From Podarcis gaigeae (taxonomy: Eukaryota): a DNA stretch of 64,000 nucleotides. The first letter of the stretch is position 1, and each line of letters opens with the position of its first letter. A program made the position numbers and the translations under genes. Shown here one piece after another: positions 1 to 10,840 of this stretch. The DNA lies in the NCBI GenBank assembly GCA_964106915.2, contig OZ066920.1, one strand, 5' to 3'. The notes beneath the pieces are model-generated. The model worked only from the letters and a program-made list of their open reading frames with translations, made no database searches and was not told where the DNA came from.

Positions 1-1084
1 TGGTTTTAATTAAACCAACTTGTGATCTTTCAGATGAAGGGTGGTATACAAATTTTAACAACAACAGGCTATTCAGTAAATGCTAATTTACCATTGTAGA
101 TATAACTTTAGAAACTGGTTGCCCGTAGTTCCTGCCAAAATCTGAGAAGCATTTTAAAACATGTTCAGTCAGAAAGCATCATCCTGTGTTAAGCTGCTAC
201 CTCTATTTGTCCACTGTTGCAGCAACCGATGACTCACATTTATCTTAAGATCAACTGAGTAACACCCAAACTTGGCTGCCAAATGTCTCCTTTTGCCTGC
301 CATTTTTAAGTGGCCCGCCTTTATATCAAAAAGTTGGTTCTGATACAAAATTACACATGTGATTTGATGATTCAAGAGAAGCCCATAAAAAGAACAAAAT
401 GTCTTGTGGTACCTCAAAGACTGAAATTTGTTGCCTGAAAACAACTGAGTTTTTTTAAGCCTAGCAAATTTATTATGCCGAAAGTTTTTGTGGGCTAGAG
501 TCCACAATGAAAGCTTATTCCACAATACATATGTTAGCTGCCAAAGAATTCTCTTGTTTTCGTACTATGAAGCAAATCAATTGATTCAGCTGAGCCAGAA
601 CAGAACAGTATGAAACTTGCTGAGAAATTCTAGTACAGCAACTCTAGGCTGGAACTGCCTGTTTAAGTCTTTTTGCCAGAGTATTGTTAATTTTGGGTCA
701 CCAGCAGGGGATCCTGCTCTTCCACTGAATGCTGCCATTTTTTATATCAGATTTGTGTTCTTTAGTACAAATGGCCTGTTTATGGGCCAGCCTAATACTT
801 TTTGGCACCTGAGGCAAACCACAAAATGGCACCCCCTCCCTGGCAGGGAAGAAGGGGTGAGTGAATATCTACACCAGGAAAAAGGGAGGAATAAAGATCT
901 ATTTTGGGATCTGCTGCCCCTGTAGATCCTGCCACCTGAGGCTGTTGCCTCTCCTTGTCTCATGGGTGATCCAGGCCTATTCAGACAAAGGCATTGTTGG
1001 TAATGGTGTTTTATGGGCAGGTGAATGAACTCTGATGGCCTGGCTGATGTTATTAGGTCCTGTCTCCTGCTTGAAACCTTATTT

Positions 1085-1185
1085 GATAATGATGATAATG
1101 ATAATGATAATTTATAATTTATACCCCGCCCATCTGGCTGGGCTTCCCTAGCCACTCTGGGCGGCTTCCAACAAAATATTAAAAA
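1085..1185 (-). mobile_element. LINE (L2-like) 3' end with simple-repeat tail
   Basis: Minus strand GCCGCCCAGAGTGGCT..GATGGGCGGGGTATAAAT followed by (ATTATC)n; recognised from memory, family not verified. Confidence 0.55.
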
Positions 1186-1613
1186 TATTTTATCACTGCC
1201 TCTCCTTCTTTCTCAGTCTTACAGTTTTTCCCTAGCTTACAGATGACTTAGTCCTAACAGATGACAAATATTATCTTTAGCAGAGTCAATCCATTCAAAT
1301 GAGTCTTATGCCTCTTTACAATTCCTATAATCCAATTTTTAAAAAGGCAGAATCACATTTCAAGATTACTATTTTTAAACAGATGCAATGTGCAGAAGGG
1401 AGTAGTAGACATTGATAAGTCTGTAAGATCTTCTTGATCACAAGGTGATAGATGGATGCTGAATGCACACATACTAAAAAAAAATGGAGATAGGTGCTGC
1501 TTCTAAGTATTTGTCTCACCTTTGTGGAAGATAGAAACATGCAATATCATATCCCATTTATAGCATGCTTTGATCCAGCATCTTCCCTCCATCACCCTTG
1601 ATAGCCAGTATCC

Positions 1614-1844
1614 TTGCAAAACTCTATCACTGATCATAACACTTTAAATTCCGTGTTATACAGTTTCACCTGTGTCACAGAATGTAAGTACCCGGCGTGC
1701 CATATGCACCATGTTGGAAAAACGAGGGCAGACCTTTGTTACAATTTCAAAAAATCACAAATGAGTAGTCGCACACACACAAGCCTTGAAAAACCTGTTG
1801 CCACCTGCTTAAACGAGCACAACCTTTCAGATTTGGAAATATAG
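1614..1844 (+). mobile_element. Degenerate Penelope-like element GIY-YIG endonuclease fragment
   Basis: Translation SFTC...HHVGKTRADL...EKPVATCLNEHNLSDLEI resembles the PLE GIY-YIG pattern SFTC...YIGQT..L...KPV..HFN..H.LSDL. Confidence 0.6.
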
Positions 1845-1929
1845 CCAAAAGGAAAACAAACAAAACTCATGTACTACTCATATTACATTTGAAGAACTGT
1901 GCCCAGTCCTGGACATCACATATTCAGAA

Positions 1930-2045
1930 GAATATAGATAAACTGGAACAGGTTCAGAGGAGGGCAGCGTAGATATGGTCCATAGTATAAAAGGCAAACC
2001 CTATAACTGGGTATGTTTAGCCTGAAGAAGAGAAGATTGTGACAG
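1930..2045 (+). mobile_element. CR1 LINE ORF2 fragment
   Basis: IDKLEQVQRRA..LGMFSLKKRRL-like translation. Confidence 0.65.
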
Positions 2046-2050
2046 TATTC

Positions 2051-2052
<2 letters not shown>

Positions 2053-2091
<39 letters not shown>
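2053..2091. repeat. (CA)n microsatellite
   Basis: Direct reading. Confidence 0.98.
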
Positions 2092-2094
<3 letters not shown>

Positions 2095-2211
2095 GCAACA
2101 AATAAGACAAGGTATTTAAAATCAACACAAAGTAAAACTGATTTGTAGCTAAATATTATTAAGTTGGTTGCGCTTGTAATAAAGTCTAGGAACACTATGC
2201 TAAACCCAGAA

Positions 2212-2245
2212 CTGCAGTATAACATATGATCAGTAGAGGGCAGAC
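2212..2245 (+). promoter_or_regulatory. Candidate CTCF site, opposite orientation to the promoter CSEs
   Basis: CTGCAGTATA-ACATA-TGATCAGTAGAGGGCAGAC: upstream TGCAGT module, 5-bp spacer, core CAGTAGAGGGCAG. Confidence 0.55.
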
Positions 2246-2674
2246 ATAACCCAACAAATCTGTACCAAAGAAGAAATTACATTATTGCGATAGAATGATT
2301 GTCCTGTTACCTTTGAAGAATAAAGGGACAATTCTGACATTGTTAAATGTCTTCTTGGGTCCATTACCCTCAAATCTAAAGGAAAGTTCAAGCTTACCAG
2401 GTTCCATGAAAATATCTCACTTTATGGAAACATTCATACCTTAAAGGTGCAGAGGACTACTGTATATTCTATGCCAAGATACCACCTTTTGCTTATATTA
2501 TTCATCAGGGTTCCTCCCCCCTAAAAAAGAAGCATCTTAACTAAGCAGTTTTCGAAATGTAGGTGAAATCTGGGTGCCACCAAGCTGCTTTTCTTCACTC
2601 TGAACAAACAGGTTAGAAAACGGAAATATTACAGCCTTGCAGTCTAGGTCTTAAAATGTATCTGTGATTCTCAC

Positions 2675-5116
2675 CTGTACACTGTTATCAGGGATGAGAT
2701 TTTCACCCAAAGATTCATTCCCAATTCCAGAATCATCCTTCAGAATGGGATCATCTGTGGCCACTGAGGGGTTTGGTTTCAGAAAGGCAAACTCATTCCG
2801 GTCTGCCTTAGACGCTAAGCACACTTCATATGAATAGGGCAATGTCAATGTCCCATTATTGTAATTGCAGGAAAATTTGTGTCCCAAGCTAGAGTACAAG
2901 TCCGTATTGTAGGATCCAAGCACTGTTGGGCTTCTCTGTCTCCGACATTTAAGTATTAAAACTGTTAAGACTGTAAAAAGGAATAAGAATGAGACCAAAG
3001 CCAAGGCTATAACTAAAATGGCATTCATATCAGACTGATACTTAGAGTCAATGGCTGGTTTGCTCATTTCTGGAAGTGCTTCTTGGAAGTTCTCGGCAAC
3101 CACGAGGTTGAGGACCACAGTAGCTGAGAGCGGAGCCTTCCCATTGTCCTTCACCAAGATGACCAGCTTCTGTTTCACAGCATCTTTCTCCAGAAGGGCT
3201 CGTGACGTCCTGATCTCTCCTGTGTGGGTCCCAATGGTGAAGAGGGCCGGCTCCGTGGCCTGCAGCACTTGGTAGGAGAGCCAGGCATTGTGCCCAGAGT
3301 CCGCGTCCACAGCCACCACTTTGGTCACTAGGTAGCCTGGCTCTGCCGAGTGAGGCACCATCTCAAACAAGGCAGAGCCCTCAACACCCGGGACAGGATA
3401 CAGAACGCGAGGGCTGTTATCATTCTGATCCAAAATGTACACCCACACGGTGGCGTTGTTGCTGAGAGAGGGAGAGCCGCCATCTTGGGCCTTCACTTGG
3501 ATCTGAAACTCCCGGAATTGCTCATAGTCAAAAGAGCGCTGTGCATAGATAGTTCCCGTCTCAGAGTTGATGGAGACGTAAGAGGAGAGAGGCAGCTCCT
3601 CCATGTTGCTGTTGAGGATGGAGTAAGTGATACGTGAGTTGCGGTCCAGATCCGGGTCTGAGGCTCTGAGGGCAAAAATGGAGGCACCTGAGGGATTGTT
3701 TTCAGGCACAAAGACACTGTAGGTTGGTTTTTCAAAGGCAGGGGGGTTGTCATTGATGTCTGAAATCTGCAGGGAGATGGTTTTGTTGGAGGAGAGAGGG
3801 GGGCTACCTTTGTCGGTGGCCGTGATTGTGATGTTGTACTCTGAGGCTTTTTCTCTGTCTAGGGGGCTTTCTGTAAGTAGCTTGTAGTAACTGTTAGATG
3901 AAGAAATAATTTTAAAAGGTAAATTATATTGTATGTGGCAAGTAACCTTCCCATTTTCTCCTTCATCTCTATCATCCACATTGATCAAAGCTATCACAGT
4001 TCCTGGTAGGGAGTCTTCAGGAACTGGACTAAACATAGATGTTAGCAAAATCTCTGGAGCATTGTCATTCTCATCCAGAACATCAATCTCAACTTTACAA
4101 TGTGCCAGTAGTCCACCACCATCTTTGGCTTCCACTAACATCATATAGCTTCTGGATTCTTCAAAGTCTAAAGTCTCCCTAACTAGAATTGCTCCACTTT
4201 CAGGATCCAGGCTGAATTTCTGTCTTGCTTTAGCGGGGATATTGCTAAAACTGTATCGTATCTGTGCATAAGGACCTTCATCTGCATCTGAGGCTTTCAC
4301 CTGGATCACTAATGATCCTTTTGGTGCACTCTCTTTTAGGCTGAGTTTATAGACTTCCTCAGTGAAAACAGGTGGGTTGTCATTGGCATCAGTGACATTA
4401 ATCCATATCTGGACTGTTCCAGTTTTTCTTGGTTCCCCACCATCCAGGCCTGTAAGGATCAAGTGGAGTTTGTGCTCACTTTCCCGATCCAGAGGTTTGC
4501 TTTGCACTAAGATAGGGTATTTATTTCCATCTGGACTTTCTTTAACTTGCAAGGTGAAGTACTGATTACTGCTCAGCTGGTAATTTTGCAGAGAATTTAT
4601 CCCAACATCAGGATCTTCAGCACTTTCAAGGGGGAATATGGCTCCAGTCGAGCTAGATTCGCTTATTTCTAGCTTGATATCATCTTTTAAAAATTGTGGT
4701 GCATTATCATTAATATCCTCTATGGTGATGCTTATATGAAAAACATTTAGAGGGTTTTCAACCACAGTTTCAAAGTTAAGGACACAACGTGGTGATTTCC
4801 CACAGATTGCTTCTCGATCTATTTGGTCTCTGACATAGAAGTCTCCATGTTCCTCATTCACAGTAAAGAACTGAGCATTAGCTGCAGAAACAATACGGAG
4901 CTTCCTCTTCACCAGGTCTCTCTTACTCAGACCCAAATCCTTGGCCAGATTTCCCACAAGAGAACCCTTCTCCCTTTCCTCAGGAATTGAATACCAGACC
5001 TCTTCCGACATTGTCAGGCAGAACAAAGAGAATAACAAGGAAAGCTGTACTTGCCGCCGGAGTGGCTCCCTGCTCCCTGTGATCTTCAGCCATTTCCTCG
5101 GCTGCTTTGTTTGCAT
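2675..5116 (-). CDS. Protocadherin gamma-B-like variable exon 1 (chimeric: X-type late EC4-EC6, unique 5' half and TM/tail)
   Basis: ORF track 2651..5221. Probable ATG at 5116 (MQTKQPRKW...[15 protein letters not shown] signal peptide). Donor CAG|GTGAGA at 2675/2674. Gamma-B motif [36 protein letters not shown]. Confidence 0.93.
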
Positions 5117-5345
5117 CTTTTCTTTTCTGATTCGGGTCTTCAAGTTTCTTTCATGCTGCAAGAAGTTGTTGTCAGGAGCAGGCATCATTCTGTGATGCAG
5201 TCTCAACGGGGAGGGATCCATTTTTGGTAGGATGCTATATTGTTGTCCCTCAATTCCAGCTCCTTCAGATTTGCAGAACTTAACTCAGTAATTGTTACAT
5301 CACAGGAAAAGTGAATGGACCCCTGATTTCTATCCTTATCCCGTA

Positions 5346-5388
5346 TTGGCCAACAGCGGCACTCTGAGTCTCTGCTGGAAAACTGCAG
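5346..5388 (-). promoter_or_regulatory. Pcdh promoter CSE / CTCF site, exon 1
   Basis: Minus strand CTGCAGTTTT..GACTCAGAGTGCCGCTGTTGGCCAA; CGCT core intact; ~230 bp upstream of the ATG. Confidence 0.85.
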
Positions 5389-5950
5389 GAGTACCTACTG
5401 GCACAACATGCTGATAAGAGTTCAGTGGCTGACAGGGTAGCAACATTTCTCACGAGATGTGCACAGGTTTATGAAATTATTTGGTTGTGTGTGCATTTCA
5501 CAATTCTCTCTAAGGCAGTATGTGCAAGAGTGAGCACACATATGATGAATACAGGAAAAACTCTGAAGTTATTACCTTAAGTATCATTGGGCTTTGTATG
5601 AACAAAGTTCCCCAGGCAGAGATACAGCACTTGGCACTTAATTGAGAAGGTTTCCTTCACAATAGCCCCCCCCCCCAGCAAAACCTTATATTGTTCAGAA
5701 GGTCTAAAGGCAATGCCCATAGTACCAGCTTTTGTGCCAGACTGCCAACCTCTTTTTATGTTTAGAGGAAGAAACTGAAGCAGAAAGGGGTGGGAGTCAT
5801 TATGAAGAGCTGTTATGTGGGGAACGACTACAAGTGCTGGGCCCTTGCTCCCCACCCCCTAGAATTTCTGAATCCACAATACTTCCATTTCATAGGACAG
5901 GAATGGGCAGACATCAAGTTAATCTATCAGTCAGAACCAGGTGCAAAAGA

Positions 5951-6073
5951 CATAGGGTTGTAGTCAACTAAGTCCTGCTCTGAGGTAGACTCAGTGACAT
6001 AATTGAACCTAAGTTAGTCATGTCCATCAACTTCAACAGGTCTGAGTAGGACTAGCATTGGGTACCACCCATA
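5951..6073. mobile_element. Old palindromic MITE-like repeat
   Basis: Imperfect inverted arms GGGTTGTAGTCAACTAAGTCCTGCTCTGA / TCTGAGTAGGACTAGCATTGGGTACCACCC. Confidence 0.45.
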
Positions 6074-6389
6074 GAATTAAAGAACAGGCTTCTTCTGAGC
6101 ACATTCTGAGCCAAGGAATATGTTTTCAGTACCAGAACAGAACTGTTCCACAATCATTCTATACAAAAGTTCACTCCGGGTTAGTTTCCCTCATTTCAGC
6201 AGCCTAATTTAGGTGAAAAAAGTTTTTTGTTATTGTTAAGCTGGGAGCCACAAACCCTTGCCATTCTGCTGAAAATCACCCAAAGATCTATCGGTGGATC
6301 CTGACCCACCACCTGCCCATCTCTGTCTAGGATACTGCATGCGATACTTCTGCAATAATTGCAACAATTTTGTTTTTTAGTCTTATATC

Positions 6390-8030
6390 CTATTCAGTCT
6401 ACAGAGACTGATGATAGGCAAGAATGTTATATAAACAGACAAGTTGCAAACGATAATTGTAGTCATGATGACAAAATCACAGAGTTTGACATATGTTCCT
6501 AAAATCAGTATGGGCCATACAGGAAGTATATGTCTGAGTCCACATCCATGGCCACCACCTTAGTGACCAGGTAGGTAGCGTGGCTCAGAGGAGTGAAGGG
6601 ACAGCTCTATCCCTATGGAACCATCAGTGGGAGGGGAGGGGTACAGGGTTTGGGGAGCATTGTCATTTTGGTCCAGGATGAAGAGAGTCACTGAGACCTT
6701 GGAGCTGAGTGGTGGAGAGCCTCTATCCTTCCATGGAACTTAATATCCTGGAACTTTTCATAAATGAAGGAACACCAGGCATAAATAACCCCAGACAGAA
6801 TTAATAGAGTTATATAGACAAATTACTGATCTCATTTTTAATAAGTTGTTCTCAGCCTGGATAAGTTGTTCTTCATGGACCTCACAACCCTGCCCCAAGA
6901 CTGGATAGCTGAGATCCTGGCTGGCTCTCAGAATCTTCCTCATCTCTTTGGGGGCCACAGGCTCAGAGAAGAAGGTGAACCAGGCAGGAACATAAGAGTT
7001 GCCACAGTGCCTGGCTAGCTGCTGCAGAGGCTACTCATGAGAAGGAATCAAATGGAAACAAGTCCTGAGATCCTGGAAGAGGTGGATCCTCTAGCTCCTG
7101 TATAAGTTCCCATTCTAAGTTCCTTCACTGCTGAAGCAACAGCTCCCATCTCCTCTTCAGTCTGCCTGACGCACAGAAACAGCCACCACCTGGTACCAAA
7201 CTGTAATGATTGCTGATCGATTTCTTTAGTTTGAAAGGGAGACTGTCAGAACTGAACACAGGATTTCTCTATGGATCTTTAATCCTGATTTTGCATGTTT
7301 AGGAGGGCTTCTGTTGTCATCTTGAGAGAGATTTCTTTGGGGGTTTTTTTTGGCAGCACAATGAGGATATGGCTAATTAAAGAGCATAGCCATACACAGG
7401 TAACAAGGAAAACAAATCTTGGCAATCTCCATATTGAGCCTGGACTCATTGTATAATGGAGGCTTGTTTAAAGCCCAAGGCACTGTCATTGCATCAAGAA
7501 TTGTGATTCAGGTTTTTGAAGTACCAGACCTTACTGACTCTCCTCCTTAGTATACTGTGAGGAGCACATGGTGAGCAGCTTCCTCTTTGTGGTTAAGAAT
7601 TCTTTCTACCACCAGTTCAACATATCTGGCACCTCCAGCTGCTATTTTCATGTGCAGGATTTTTTCCCCCTTTAGCTGATTTTGTAGTTCTAGAGAGAAT
7701 TGGTTTCCAAATCAGTATCTTGTGCCTTATAGATGGCAAACTGGAGTTCTCTTGCTTTATTCTCACCAACTTTTGTTTCTGGTTCTTCTGATGGGAACCT
7801 GGGTGCATTTTCATTAATAGCTATCATTTCAATTTCCACTCCATAAATTTCCATTGACTCCTCCACATATAATCACAAAATTCATGACACACTTCTCTAC
7901 ATGGCCACAAATTCCTCTCCATATATTTGGTCTGTGGTGTGTAAATGACCAGCTTCAGAGTAAAATACTGAGACCTATATTGTGAAAACAATGTACACCT
8001 CTCTCTGAAAGATCTCTTATATCCAGTCTC
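6390..8030 (-). pseudogene. Degenerate gamma-A-like variable exon
   Basis: 6536-6748 aligns with exon 4 at 24840-25055 (EC5/EC6 junction, ~90% by eye) with a 4-bp GTAG duplication frameshift. 7480-8030 aligns more weakly with exon 4 EC1-EC2 (25915-26475). ~6390-6460 gives a frameshifted TM-like FATCLFI/TFLPIISLCRLNR. Confidence 0.85.
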
Positions 8031-9750
8031 ATCTCATTTGTGCAGAAGAAGCATGCACTCTACTACTGAAGCCACAGTTCTCCCTTTAATTACTGTTAGA
8101 GCTGACCATGATTGGGCCACAACACCATTTTAAAGAGCCCCAGAATACGAGGAAAGCACTTTTGAGTATGTGTAGACTGCCTGTCTTTTATTGCTAAGTC
8201 ACCGCAATAAACTTTCACGTGTCTGATGTTGGTGGGAAGTATAACAGGGCACAAGTAAAGTTGGGTTCCAAAATATTGTACTTTCTGACTTCTTATAACA
8301 GCTGATTGTCTCCCACACCCTATTACAAACCATTCTTGAAACTCAGTTTTTAATAGCTTCAAAAGCCCCATCCATTATGGCATGGGGACTGCAAGTGAAC
8401 AAAAACACGGCCCACAAATGCTCCCAGATTGATGGAAAGAATCTTCTCTGGATCCTGGCCCAAGCCTTTCATGAAGCAGAAAACATTGGCACGATCTGAA
8501 CTATTTTGGGGGAAATGTTTTACAGTTGTAAAATATATGCAAAATTTGTAGTACACAAAGAGTTCAAAAATATGAACAGATTATTTTAAACAGATTTTAC
8601 GCAAGTGCAGCATTGAAAATGTCTCCTCATACTACCCTCTTCAGAGATCCCTATTTCTATGTGGAGGTTTGTGGCCAACATCAATATACTATTAATTAGC
8701 AAGAAGAGATCAATTCCCTATCTCCCGACAGCTACAAAAATAGTAACTTTTTAAAAAGCAAAGCTAATCAAGTAAAATTGCTACCTTATTTAATGAAAGT
8801 GGATACAACAAACACGCTTCTCAGATTGTTATGAGCTCCTCTTAGAATGGTAGTACTTCACTACTTCATTCTGCTAAGCATAATTACATGTCAGGAAGTC
8901 CAATAGATTTTAGTGACGCATACTTCCAAGTACATAGGATCATGAGAGCAGCCAATGAAAATCAAAGTTATTACTAGGAAACAAACCTAAACAGAAACAA
9001 TGCTAAAGTAAATGATTCACAGTGAGCTCAGTGGTCTAGATAAAGGAAAATGAGTCATTTCAGCAAGAGATGCCCACCTCATTGCCTCTTTCTATGGTTG
9101 TTCACTGATTATTCCATCATGTGTAGAATTCATGCACATTCCCCAATGTTTGTGCTGTCTCTGGCCCTGTCCAACATCTGCATATTCAGTGGAGCATTGG
9201 GAAGAAGAACCTACACGTTTACAGCTGTATGTGCATAGGTTTTAACCTGGCTTGGGTGTTATGACTGAACAAGGAATTGCAGTATTGTAAGGGTGCTGCA
9301 TTATCAGGGTTCTCAATTGTGAGGAGGCTTCTAAGAGCTCAGTGCAGTGGATGGAGTCAGCTGACTGCAGGGCTGGCAAACAGGACCCCATGCTCCTTAC
9401 TTGTGTTACGATTCTTTTCAGGTATAATAAAAAAACCTCTTTGTACTCAGTTTCTGTTGCATGGATTCAGCCTCTCCTGCACTGAAGCCATTATGCCACA
9501 CCCTAGGCATCTCTTTTGTGTTACATCACATCTCCATGGCAGCCACTTTGTGTCAAGACACGCCTCTATAGCAGCCATTTGTGACTGGTGCCCACAACAC
9601 TCTCTCCAAATTCCAAATGTGCTTACTGGACAAAAAAGGCTGGCTACCCTGCTTTATATTCACTATGCAAGAAAGGCCATTATTTGACTTGAGCATTATC
9701 AGTTTGGACATTGTCCTGTGCAAATGTCAGAAAAAGTGAATGCATTACAT

Positions 9751-9790
9751 TATATCTATATCTATATCTATATCTATATCTATATCTAAT
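9751..9790. repeat. (CTATAT)n simple repeat
   Basis: Direct reading. Confidence 0.9.
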
Positions 9791-10840
9791 CATCTGTATC
9801 ATTTGTATCTATATCTATATCATTCTGATAATTCACCTTGTATGAATGGCAGATTTTTTAAAAAAACCTATGTTTATTTTAAGATAGGTTTCGTTTCATT
9901 TGGAGCTCAAAGGTCAAACCCTGAGGAAGATAAGGAAAGCGGACCAAGGTGGTCTCCTCAGGTGAAGTACAAAATACAACACGAAAAGAATCCCAGGCCT
10001 CATTAGATTTTTACTCCATTCCCATAAAAGGTCACTGAAATTCCTCGAACATATTGGGTTTAAATGAAGTTACCTTTACTCTTATCAAGGTTTTATTCCA
10101 TATTCTGATTGTAAAACATGCCACAGGAAATGTGAACATGGATGGCTCTCTTGCTAAAGAGCATATTTCATAGTCTGTAAGTTCTTTTCCAGGTGCTGTG
10201 ACCCCAGCACACATAGGATCCACACAATATCTGTTGTTGACACATGAACAGCCAAGACTATTCTCAATCACAGCCACGTGGAGAAATGTGTGTGAACCAG
10301 CAATACGTGCAACCAAACAAAATGTCCATGATAAGGGAATGTCACAAAATGCTGATTTCTATATTTTTGTATTACTAGTTCACAACATGTAGTTATATTA
10401 TCCCTTTGTTGTCAAGCTTCTACTAGGATGGCATATGTGTGGGAGAATGCTATTCTATTAGATGCTATTAATTTTCGGGGATAGAAAACCATATGGATAG
10501 AATTAATCTACTCAACAGATTGGTAAAAACCAAGGGAAATTATTCAATCTATAGCTACACTGATATAGCCAGATCACAACAAAAGCAGAAAAATAAGATG
10601 CTCAGCTTAATTTAGGAATGACTCACTTGTAAGAGTGCCATGAATCCAAGTACCCGTTGGATGTGCTAAGTAAGCATGTTCAGAATGCGTCAGTGGCATG
10701 CCGTTCAGGCAGGTCTACGTACTGGTTCTTCCCATATAAAGCATCAGACACTTGAGCAGATAATGATCTAAAAGCAGTAGCTCATAATACCTATGAGGAA
10801 GAAAGATGCCTACATCACAGTTTCTGAAAGCAAAGCTTAC

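Noticed and set aside
169-525. 118-aa ORF with an AAT|GTGAGT donor-like site; possible exon or tail relic
   Set aside because: No convincing similarity to Pcdh tails or constant exons.
5117-5221. 35-aa N-terminal extension of exon 1 from upstream ATGs
   Set aside because: ATG 5116 matches the CSE-to-start spacing (~190-275 bp) and leader length of the paralogs; needs TSS data.
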